From: Podospora anserina
Lineage: Eukaryota
Direction of reading: 5' to 3'
DNA length: 64,000 nucleotides
Assembly: GCA_017654855.1 (NCBI GenBank)
Contig: CM030333.1
Location: 4,402,001-4,466,000, forward strand
Below the pieces are notes generated by a model. That model saw only the letters and a program-made list of their open reading frames with translations, made no database searches and was not told the origin of the DNA. Positions 13,082 through 24,600 of the stretch are shown one piece after another (position 1 is the stretch's first letter; each line of letters begins with the position of its first letter). A program made the translations under genes and the position numbers.

Positions 13082-14520
13082 TAATTATTCTGAGCAAGAA
13101 TAGACCGCCGATCGGAACTGTCAAACAAAGGTACCGGCAGCTTGGTCAGGTGCGGCTCCGATCCGAACCCCAACCCGGGGCTGGCGGCTATCTTAACGTT
13201 TCGCGTGACCAACGCTTGCCTTGATGGTGTAGGGTGCTCACAGACAGGCAAGACAGGCTGGCAGATGGATCCGCCCCGTGCGCTGGTGACAACTTCCACA
13301 TGTGATCCAACCAGCGATATCGATCTCTTGTGCGGCAGTTTCCCGCTTGGTGCGCTTGTGTCAGTGCTTGGGAGATGGGAGGTAGCCTGGAATTGGAAAG
13401 TCGGAGATGTGGTTGTAGGGAAGGAGAGCAGTGGTGGCCTCCGCTCTCATTAACAGCGGAGCAAATAAGCCGCCCATGAATTGGTTAGCATCTCCTTTCT
13501 TACCCAACCTTCCAACGCCTCCTCAAACATCTCCGTGGTACTTTCACGAATATCCGTCGTGTTCAGCGGAGAGAGAAGTCCGAAGCAAGTGACACGACAG
13601 GCCCAACTCCGCTTGTTCCCGATCATGCTTCAACGCCAGTGGTCCAGGAGGGTAGTGGTGCGTATGATAGATTTGGAAGCTGCAGAGCATCGACGATTGT
13701 GATGGCATCTTCCCCTGATCCCCCTGATGTCAACATCCAACCGGCCAAGGCAACAACACATTGCCTCCACGGATGACCAACGCTTGGGATTGTCATTGGA
13801 GCTTCAACCAACACGTGTACCGTCGGCTTTAGAACTTGACTCCAAAGGAATATCTTAGTGCCCTTTCAACTTGATTGATGCTCCTCGGCTCAATGCTTCG
13901 TTTCAAAGGCCGCAGCGCGGGGCAGGAGCCGGCCGATTGTTGTTGACTTGTTTGTTCTCCCCGCAAAGAAGCAGCAAAAGTGGTGACGTAGTTTTTGCAT
14001 TGTCAGGTTGGAGTTGGCCAATTGTGGGTCATCTTGGCAGCGAAAGAGCCCCTCTTGCGTCACCGACAAGGACCCAAAGAAGCTTTTGGGCTGACTGGGG
14101 CTAATCCGCTAATCCGCTTTTGGGTTGCTCTAGAACGTCACTTGGAGATTTAGGGCAACCGTTGCAAAACACCCAGACTGGCAGGAGCAGTTATGGAAGT
14201 GAAGTTTGTCTGAGAAGGCTGAAGTGACAGATTTTGAGGATATCGGCCTTCAAGATACAGTTCAGACCGTAAACATTTACAATCTTCCAACTGACAGTTA
14301 CCAAAATGTTCCCATAGTTCATTAACGATCTAGCTGCATGACCCTGTAGACATCAAACTGGTCAACAGTAGGACGAGTCCCTAATTGTGCTATACTATTC
14401 ATGCTGCTGCTAGCAATTGGGTAATGCAGTTTCAAAGGACCTCACAAGCCCCACAGGCCTGAGCCACAATTGTGCACCTACCTTAAATGGAGAGGCCACA
14501 ACGGCTGGTCAACTGGTAAC

Positions 14521-14810
14521 TGACGTCATGGCCTCCTGAACGCGCGGTTGTCGCGGAGGGGTGGGGTAGTTTGTCTAAACTTGCGTGTACTTGCCTCTTT
14601 GATGGCTGCAAACGCAAGGCCATCCGATCCGTACTTGCCTGCAATAACTAGACAAGGGCCGAATTAACGCAGGGACAGCGGAATCATGTGAAGGAAGTAG
14701 CTACGTCATAGGAGCTTCTCCTCCGTCACACCCCTCTGATGCCTTTCGAGGAGTCAGTCAAACCAGAAATTTGCAAGCGGGCCAGACCCCCCATCGATTG
14801 TGTATATAAT
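14521..14810 (+). promoter_or_regulatory. Putative grg-1 promoter: CRE/ATF palindrome TGACGTCA (14521), SYGGRG CreA-like sites (~14553-14566), TATA-like TATATAA (14803)
   Basis: Motifs read directly from the sequence upstream of a glucose-repressible gene homolog; function is inferred. Confidence 0.5.
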
Positions 14811-14943
14811 CTCCCATCTTCCACCTTTCAGAGCTGTTCTTTTTCTTCCATCATCAAACAACTCTAGCAGACAATCGACCACTACACTCTACAAACAACT
14901 TTCACACTCAAACAAACAACTTTCACCACCTACAACTATCAAA

Positions 14944-15216
14944 ATGGAGACCATCAAGAACGCCGGCAACTTCGTCGCTGACAAGGTCAACGCTGCCACC
15001 TCTGAGGCTTCCAAGACGACCAACAAGGAGGTCGCCAAGGACTCCAATGCTAGCGCCGGCACTCGGTAAGCATCTCTCCCTTCTCCCCTCATTACTTGGC
15101 ATCCAATTAACACCCTCAACAGTCTCGACGCTGCTGGCAATGCCATCTCCGACAAGTTTGACGAGAAGAAGCACGAGGCCTCCGCTGAGACCAACAAGCA
15201 GAAGGCTACCCACTAA
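14944..15216 (+). CDS. grg1: Glucose-repressible protein Grg1 / clock-controlled ccg-1 homolog, 71 aa, 2 exons
   Basis: METIKNAGNFVADKVNAATSEASKTTNKEVAKDSNASAGTR | intron 15066-15122 | LDAAGNAISDKFDEKKHEASAETNKQKATH*; strongly optimised codons. Confidence 0.92.
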
Positions 15217-15960
15217 GTGCCTTTCACTATCTCAATAACCGCCTTCTGACACCTTCAACCGCTCATCATTGACGACATCGACCACTGCTTCTTTCGGGCT
15301 GGGAGAGACTTGATCACAATGGGTTGGTTTTGGACATCATGGGGTGATTGATGGGAGGACTTTTGGGGCATGGATTTCAGTTTCTTTAGGGGACAGTGGA
15401 TTTCGGGAAGGAGGATTAGCATTTTAATACCCCCGACTACTAGCTCGGTAGCTTGATAGTCAACCTCGCTTCTTACCCATACTTTTTTGTGCCTTTTGCT
15501 GTGCTTGGTGATGTGACTTGTTCTGTGCCTTTCTGCCGACATCTTTCTTGCTGTGAATTTGCAAGAGTTACTGGTAAAATCCACGCTTTGAATCGAGAAT
15601 GCTTCTATCTATCGCATGATAGTCAAAAATTCAGAGAGTAGTATTCCTGCTTCCACAACGTTGATATCAGCCAATTCCAGAACATCTTGAGCTGTTCAGC
15701 ATGAAGCCAAGTGGAGAAAGTTTGCCCCATATCCACTAGACAGATAGACCCTTGGCGATGGTATCCAATCCCAACCCAGAATCCGGGGTCGGAGACAGCC
15801 GTAGTCAGGCTTGGCACCAAGCAGGTGTGACATGGGGTATCACCACCAAAAATTAATTTTACTCTTGAACGCGACGTGCAAACTCGCGGCGATTTTCCCC
15901 CCAGCTTCTTCAATACTTTGAAAGTCAATCGACCGGTCAATACAGCGCCAAATCACAGCC

Positions 15961-16850
15961 ATGGACTTCTCGACACACTCGTCGCCCTCGGGCGCCGAAG
16001 CCCTTACCTTTATAGAAATGATCGACCAGACGACCATCATCTCGCTGCTCTCGACACTCGCGATCCTGTTCACGGCGCTGGGGATTTCGAAACTGGTATT
16101 GGACAAGCACACTCCGGGGAGGCTGAGGTTCCTGTTTGTCTGGCATGCGTTTGACGCGCTGATCCACTTCATACTGGAGGGGAGTTTTGTGTGGCACTGC
16201 CTGTTCAGCAGCACGTCGGTGAGGGAGGTGAAGGGGGATTACTTCCCGACGCCGTATTATTATTTGGGGCGGGACCAAAAGGGACGGGTTTGGGGCTCGC
16301 AGGCGGCTGTTGGGCAGGAGGGGTTTTTGGGTGCTATGGCGCAGTTGTGGATGGTGTATGCCAAGGCTGATCGGAGGTGGGCGGGGGTTGATTTGGCGAC
16401 AATGAGTATTGAGATTATTACGGTTGTTTTTGGGGGTGTGATGGCGGTGTTGGTTTGTTGGGATTTGGCGAGGAAGAATGTGGCTAGGGGGAACTTGGCT
16501 AGTGAGTATATTCTCGGGGAGGTGGAGGTGAGGAAGGGAGGATTGCTAATGGGAGATACAGTGATCATTCTTGCGACGGCCGAGTTGTATGGTGGGTATA
16601 TGACTTTTATGCCGGAATGGTTGAGCGGGAGCGCCAACTTGGATACGAGCAACTTTATGTACAAGTGGATTTTCTTGGCCTTTTTCAATGTAAGTTGTTT
16701 GATGGCGATGTCGTGGGGGGGAGGTTGCTAACGGTTTGATAGGGCCTTTGGGTGGTTATCCCTCTGTATGCCATCTACGTGGCTGGAGCGGACATTTACG
16801 ACGCTATCTGGGTCAGGTCTATTGTTGAGGAGCAGAAGAAGGACGAGTAA
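15961..16850 (+). CDS. Emopamil-binding protein (EBP)-like / EXPERA-domain membrane protein, 3 exons
   Basis: Motifs WHAFDALIHFILEGSF, LWMVYAKADRRW, ATAELYGGYMTFMPEWL and FFNGLWVVIP. Introns 16502-16561 and 16690-16742; stop TAA at 16848-50. Confidence 0.88.
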
Positions 16851-19534
16851 AGCGTGCGATGAGAAGGGCGGTGGTTCGTGGAGAACGATGATATACGTTG
16901 AGGGGTTGATACATCATTATCTAATGACTGATGTTTGATGCTGTGAAGAGTGGGGGGGTGCTGGTATATGGGTATAAAGAAATTGCGAACTGTAGGTACG
17001 ACATGGCTGTAGGAATGAACAAAATGCATATACTTGATGCTTTGGGCTTTGTTGAGGGAGCCCTGAACCCAGCCGGAAATCTCATGAGAACCTCGCTGCA
17101 AAACCAGGTTCGCCAGGCACATCATAACACATTACGATCATACAAGTCGATATCCTTGGCCAGCATCAATAGCTGGAGCGCATCAAAGCCAGCCAGCCCC
17201 ATGTCAGCCACATGCATGGCGGATCCCACGTTGGTGACAGACGTGTGGCGTTGATGCTACAGACTAAACCGGAAAGTTGGGTGGCCCTCCGCAAAGCAGA
17301 GCCTGTAGCATACCCCCTTTTCATTTCGGAATTCTAGACTTCCAGCTTCCTCTACCCACCAGACCGTAACCCATGACAATGCTGGAGTCTAGAGCCGCTG
17401 GGAACTCGTGTCAAGCTTCATCCAGCCTGGGCAAGCTCGGCATCCTGCTGACCCTGCTCGCTTCCTGTTGTACCTTATCGTCCTTCAAGAGAGTCTAGAA
17501 TTGTGAGATAGGTACCGACCCGCGAAAAGCAAGGCGAATAAAGTTCCTAACCTCCGAGTCCGAGGGAGCTAGCAGGAGCAATACTTTGGTTGTCGACTTC
17601 TGCCAAGCTCCGTATTTCAATCTAGGTAGGGCTGGAGCAAGTTGTAAAGCTGGCCTGTTGGCATAGGGGCCACTAGCGAGCATCATTTTCAACGATCTTC
17701 CGACGGTGTCGATACGAGGCATGTCGCCTTATCTGCTTGCTACCTTCCCCGCAATGATGTTCGCAAGGCATGGCTGGCTTTCAAAGGAATCCATCGTGGG
17801 ATCTCTTATCTCAGTTTGGAAGTTATGGGGGAGGGGGAGAGGCCAAGTGAAGTCCCTTGTCGGGTGACACGAGGGTGATGGGATGACCGCAACCTGATAC
17901 ATGCTCTGCTTCAGGGGATGCGAGGGGTGGGTGACAACGGACGATGGTCGATGGAATCGAAAGAAGCTTTTATTGTGGGTGCTGAGGGGAGGAAACGTAG
18001 GACAGATGGGACTGAGTGCATCGTTAAACCTTGATAGCTGGTGATGATCGATCCGGATCGATGTTGTGGTGGACTGATGCACTTTCATGACTGGCCTTGA
18101 GGACTGAGGTCAGTAAGAAGGCTCATTGCAAATGACAAAACTAGTGATGACTGAGACTGAATTGATATTATGCCAGGGCCTGTGGGCATGAAAAGCAAAG
18201 CAGTCTATCTTTGGACAGGCTGTATTGATGCTGGGAGGCTATCCAGAGAACAGGCTGGATGGGCCGTGAAGATCTCCAAGCAGTGGAAGGAGTGTCGTTG
18301 ACTTGCACAGATCGCATGTCTCTCGGTTTGATCTGCAGCAGGGGTTGGCCCTGCCTTTTCAGGAGTCTTGGCATGTCACTCAAGAGCTGCGGGGGGTGGA
18401 GCTTTGACCAGTTTACGGCTCTTGCGGCGACTCCGGATGGACCAGGGGGCCTCGCTAGTGCAGAAGACGAAACTGGGGGTTGTCACGAAACTGCCTCAAC
18501 CCCACGTCGCGACAATGCCTCGCTGCACTCATCACAGCACAATTCGAGCTCTTTGCCCGCCCACAGCGAGAGAGTTGAGCTTGGGCCCCGAGCCGAATCA
18601 ATGGCTTACCTTTGCATCCCAGCACAGGGTGCTCGCTTTTGCCACGCCAAGGTTGCTATCATGACGAGCTCTGGAAGGCAAACTCTGGATAGCAGCTCAA
18701 GTTCAGGTTGAGTTCTTCTGCCCCTACCTCAAGATACCATAGCTAGAAACAGTTTTCTAGGCAATGACTGGTCCCAACATCTCGATAAACGACCGTCTCT
18801 GCGGCCTCTGGGGGAAGACAATGACACCCTGAGCAGGATGGGATGGCCTCCCGTCTGGCCATCAGCCACCTTCAAGGGGCCAAGATCGCTTTCTGCCTGA
18901 GCGGCCGCACTTGAGTCGCCATCTCTCCTGGGGATTTGAAGATGCCCAGCCCACACCCCTGCTCGGTTGTATCCTGTCCGGGAGGGGACCATCCCAAGCT
19001 CTCGTCAACGTTTGCCGTCTCTTCGACAACCTGACCGGGAGAGCACATGGTGCTCTGTCCCCATTTTAATGCACCGGTGTCTCCCCTTCAGCACCCTGCT
19101 TCTTCTGGAAGAGACCCGCGGTCTGCAAGTGTCTGTCTGCCGTTCTTTGCCTTGGTTGGATTGGCCCATTCATCAGCCCTGGTCCCTGTTTCTATTCCCA
19201 GTCGAGGGCAAGCAGCAAGTGCTGGGTGCTCAGGGACTGTTTCGTCTGGCCCGTGGTTGTGCTCAAGGTGTGCCCACCCCTGCCGAACAGACGGGCTTAC
19301 GAGAGTGGAATGCGGGATGGCAGGATACCATTACACTCTTGCTTCATCCATCTGTTTGTCTTGATTTGTTCCTTTTTCTCCCCCTTCGCTTCTTCACCAC
19401 ACATCGGCCGGCGCCGTGTTTACGACCTCGACGACGTGGATTAGATGACTTGACGACGGACGGATTCAAGGGCACTGCTACGGCAATCTCGCCATCGCCG
19501 ACCTCGCGGATAGACAGACACCGACAGAGCCCAA

Positions 19535-21695
19535 ATGTCGCCACTCGCGTTGGTAGATGAGGTGATTGCCTCGTGGTTGCAGTCGCGGGACGACACGGGG
19601 ACGATGCCGCAGAACAACTTCAACAGGACAGGAACCAACACCTTCCAGACGGCTCGGAACCAAACCACCACACAGCAGATGTTCTTCAACGAACTACGAT
19701 TCGCCGCTGCCAGATCCATTCGAACATCGACCATCATTTTAGCTTCTTTTAATATTATTGCTTCTTTTGCGACCGCCGTGGGGATCCTGGTTGATTCGTA
19801 TTTCAGGGAAAGGCGGAACAACAGGTCATACAGGTTCAAGCGGAATGGCTTCAACTTTGTGCCCGAAGGCGAGATCTATCCGCTCATTTTATCAATTGGA
19901 ATTTTCATTCAAAGCTTGGTCTTTGCCGGCGCTCAGTCGACTGGCCTCGACGGACTTTTTGGCACGGGATGCACTATGATGGCATTGGTCATGTTGCCTG
20001 GTGAGAAGAAACCTTGGTCTCAGATGAGTAGGTTGGAATTACGCCTGCTGACATTTACCAGCTGTGTTCCTGGCGCCTTTTATTCAGCTTGTCTTTGGTG
20101 TTGAGTTGACGTTGAGGGCACTTCGAAAGGAGTTGTTTGCCCCACGGGGGAAATGGAATGTGTCGATTTGCTCAGCACTTGTTGGGCTGTTTACACTTGC
20201 CATGTTTCTGGTTGCCGACTTTGACCAGTCTCCAAACTTTTGCTTAACCTCGCTCTTTTGGTTTGTTGCTCACTACTCGACGGCATGCTTTGGGCTTCTG
20301 ACGGCCATAGCCTCGGTACTTATTATCTGCACTGTGGTGATCTTCATCAAGCTACACAGCAGCATTCAGATCGAGGTGACAGCTCGCGTGGCGGCCTCGA
20401 GGATGGTTTATTACCTGGCATTGGGAGCCATCTCGATTGTAAGTTAATCCATGTGATTTTGATCAGAACCAGTTGCTCACCTCTATCAGTGTTTCATGTT
20501 GCCATATTTCTACGTTTTGACCTTTCTGAACCGGCGAGGCCAGAACAACAATTCTCTCAATCTTTCAATGGTTGCTGCGGTGGTGGCAAACATATCCGGA
20601 CTCATGAATGGCGGGCTTTACCTGTTCTTGAAGTCAAACACCATTTCGACCATTGGACCTAGGGACAAAATCGGCGAGTACGAGAACCGCAGGGCCAGAT
20701 ATAAGATTGAGCGGCGGTATACCATGGACGACGCAGACTCGGAATTCGGATTCGATGAGGATTTCAAAAAATACAAGACGGCCGCTGATCTTCGCAGGAT
20801 GGATAGCGAAGAGACTCTGACGGCCTACGAGAAAGAGGAGATGGTGGATGCTAAGAGCATGCGCAGCGTGAGGCCACCTTCCACCATCTACGGTCGACGA
20901 GGCCCTGCGTCCATTCGCTCCTTCCGCTCCAACAGATTGATGTCTGCGGCATCCAACGTGTTCATGCCGAAAGCGCCAGAACGAGCCCGTGTTTCGAACG
21001 CAGCCGGTGGGCACATGAGAAAGCGCTCCAACTACTCATTATTTCCTAACAAGAACTCCGGCGCCAAGTCGTCACTTACCTTCCTTCCTGCCACCACATA
21101 CTCACCCAACAACAACGACCACCTCAAACCACCACCCTCGATGGGTAACCTTGCCGCCTTCCGCCACCGCAGAGACTCGTCTCTTATCTCATCAGCGACG
21201 GTTCAGATCGGACTAAGATTCTCCTCTGTCGACGATATCCCACCAGTAGCCCAAACAGTCGTCACAGTTCAGGACCCTCATGTGTACAACTTGGAGTGCC
21301 CCAACGTGGTCAAGGAGCTTCAAGCCAAGGGCATCAATGTTCAGCTCAAGCGTCCCGTGGGCTTGGACTCGGGAGCCTCGACACCAACCGGCTCGACGAA
21401 AGAAGGGTCTCCTACAAGTCCGGGCCGAAGTCCAGTCAAGGATGCGAAGATGAAGACGCTGCCGCCTGTGCCGAGACCCATGATTGACACCCAGTCTGTA
21501 ACGCCGGCACCACCATTTCAGGAGATCACCCTGAGCCCCAGTGTCTACAGCCCACAAAGCCCCAGCAAGGCCAAACTCGTCCCTCCAGCTAAGCCGGCTA
21601 CCAACCCACGGAGTCCCCCCATGGTACCACCACCACGACGAACAGGCGAGACGACACCACCTCCTGTGGCGGATGGAAAGAATGCCTGGATATAG
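19535..21695 (+). CDS. Seven-transmembrane GPCR-like membrane protein with long Ser/Pro-rich cytoplasmic tail, 3 exons
   Basis: Introns 20001-20061 and 20439-20489 join ORFs 19535..20104, 20064..20447 and 20496..21695 in frame. Seven hydrophobic segments, Cys at the start of TM3 and in the TM4-5 loop, GxxNxxxY in TM7. Confidence 0.78.
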
Positions 21696-24600
21696 GACCA
21701 GTTACAAGAACAATAATGTGCGCGCGTGTGTGTCTTGTCAAGCATTTTCTGGTGTTGGAAGGTTAGCATAGGATGGTGTTGATGGATGGGTGTGTGCCAT
21801 GCTATCATGATGGGTTCGGTGGGGGTGTACGAAGGTGGTGATGATGATGGTGATTTCTCTTTTCCACTCATTCATTCTAATCTTTTTAGAGAGATTTGCC
21901 AGGACGGGCATGGGATGGTTGTCTTTTTTCTTTATTTATATATACCAACCACGCGGTTGACACCGTACTCTTTTTTTTCTAACTTTATATACCATTGAAA
22001 TGGCATGACATGCCTTGAGGGTGTCTATCATTTACTTTTTATCTTTCTACGTTTTCCGTCTCTGTTTTCATTGTGGTGTTGTCTTTGGTCTTTTTTCTTC
22101 TTTGCCTGGGGGGGGGGACGGGGTCTGTATTTCATGAAGGCGTCTCTAAGATGGTGGGTGGCGTATGAGAGACGGCCTTTTGTCGGATACAATTATTGAT
22201 ACTGCACACAACTTTAAGCACGTTCCTTTTAGTGGTAAGATGAGGGGAGGTGATGGGTGGGGAAAAGCAGGTCTTGGAGGCGAGTTGTGATGACTAGGAG
22301 GGGGGTTTGTTAGCAGGCATGTTGCCTTGGTGTGAGAGGGCTTGGTTGAGACGGTTATTGTAGGATTGAGAATAGGACAGGATGGATTATTCGGTCTATT
22401 GTCATCAGGTTAATACTTGACAGCATATCACTAGGCCTCAAGATTGTGTTACATGTCGCAGACTTGCGTCGAGAACTTTGATCTTTCACATTCTGTTTTG
22501 AACTATAATGCCAGAGTCAAGAGCTCGGAAGACGACAACGGGAAGTACCTAGTAAGGATGTGAAAGCTGCATTTTTATTTATGTGCTCATTGACACAGGT
22601 TGGACTATCACAGTCATGTGTGGGACTCAATCTCAGTTACTAAAGAAACGAACTATCGTGTTATTAGGAGCCATATCTCGTTTCTGGGCTCGAGGCTCTC
22701 AATTCCTGAATACATGTCGAGACCTCGTTGTTTGTTATTTGTTTAGCGTCGAAGAGCCATTCCGGCAATTTAATTTGATGATTTTCAACGTAAGGATCCA
22801 GGTTTTGGAAAGATCTTCATATTGGGGCTCTTATTGTGGCATCAAGCAATCTCAAACAGAGTGACCTTTCACTTCAAAGTTCGAGGCTTGTGCTGATTTG
22901 CCAATAGAAATATCAGTTCCAAGTGGATATCAGGCTCGTGGGCAACATCATTCTTGTCCACGCACATAATAAGTAGAGTTCTCCTTGATGACCGAATTTC
23001 CATGATTGTTGTTGACCAGAAAAGGGGTCATGGAAGCCGGGCAACTCCACCAAGCGGCATCGACGCCCAGCAACGGTGGCTGGCTGTAAGTCGAAACTTC
23101 CCGTCATCCTCTCCCTGCATATGACCGCTTGCCCCAAATTCCACGCATTCTAAATGCCCGTACCTATGCATCGGTGCTAACCCCAAACTGAGCCCTGGGC
23201 GGGTTCCAAGACGGTAAGAGATGCACTCCATCGAGAGATCATACGACAAAAGTCCTCCAGATCGGGCATTCCAAGACTTCGAAGCCAAATTGGGATAGAA
23301 CCCGCTGCCCCAAGAAAGGGGGTCAACAGCCTTGTTTATATTTCCAAACCGCTCCTTCAGACTCCTGCATTGAACCAGGCGTCTGGCTCTATGTACTCGA
23401 GGTACTTGACGCCACGAGCCCAACTACATCGACCTTTCAACCGCTTTCTCTCCCTTGAACAGGCGCTCAAACGTGCTCTCTCAACGGCCTACAAGCACAT
23501 TACCTTAGTCCAAACCAAGGTGCGTTTTCCAACAAGGCGGGTATGCACGCCGTTGTGGTGTCTCAAGCCCCCTAAGGCTCGCCTCCCATCGTGACTGGGC
23601 AGCCCAGTCAAAGCCCCAAAACTTGACAACTGACTAGTTAAGGGGGTGGCTTTCCATCTGTCATCTCTATCCGCGCGCGCCCGATGACCCGGCCGCACGC
23701 CCGCGGACCAAGGCTTCTCCCAACCAACCAGTTGGGCAGGACGTTTAACGCCGCGAAAGGTCGGGTGGAAGGAGTGCCCCTGGCTGCCAGTTATGAAGAG
23801 GAAACAACACGAAATGGAAATCGCGTCCCCTTGCATATCGGGCGCGAGATTTGCACACATAGCAACAAAAGCAAGACAGCAGTGAAATTTTGACGCCTTC
23901 TTTTTGCCTGCCACCAACCTAGGTACTGAACAGACGGGACCGAGAAGTCACTGCGAGTATCAACACCGAACTGCTCCAAGTACCGGTCAAGCCTAGAATT
24001 GTGACCACCATCCAATGTGATGTGACCGGCAGTTCATCATGTCATGTCCTCAATGATGTGAATGATCCACGATGCAAAAAATGTGACAACCACACAGGAA
24101 GCCTTACAACCAACCCTACCCGGTAACTCCCCCTCCCGAACCAAAAAAAACCAAGGCCTAGATTAAATAGACATCGACATCATCTCGTCGATCATGTTTC
24201 CAACTGCTCCTCTCCTCCTTCAACAAGGGTTACAACGTCGCACTCAAAAGCAAGCCACTCATTGCCGGCTCCCCCCGCGATCCCTTCCGTCCTCTGTGCC
24301 ACACACCTACCCACCCACCCGCGATATATGAGAAATCCAGACCCTTTCTTCAATCTTGGTCAACTGATAGACAAAGCCGAGAAGGTAGACGAAATGGAAT
24401 TTTTGATCGCCGACCACTGCAGTTGCAAATCTTTGCATTTTTTCCCCCTCATCGACAAGGCGGGCGGCTTGCAGCATGCGTTACCACCCACACACCACCA
24501 CCACCACCACCACATTTCCATTTTCCATTCTTCCCCTCCCACTTCCCTTGTCCCCCTCTTCTCCTCTCTACTCAGATCCTTGAGGAAGTAGATAGGCAGA

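Noticed and set aside
18967-19560. 197-aa ORF overlapping the start of the GPCR-like gene
   Set aside because: Non-ATG start, out of frame with the gene and without coding features; probably promoter/5' leader.
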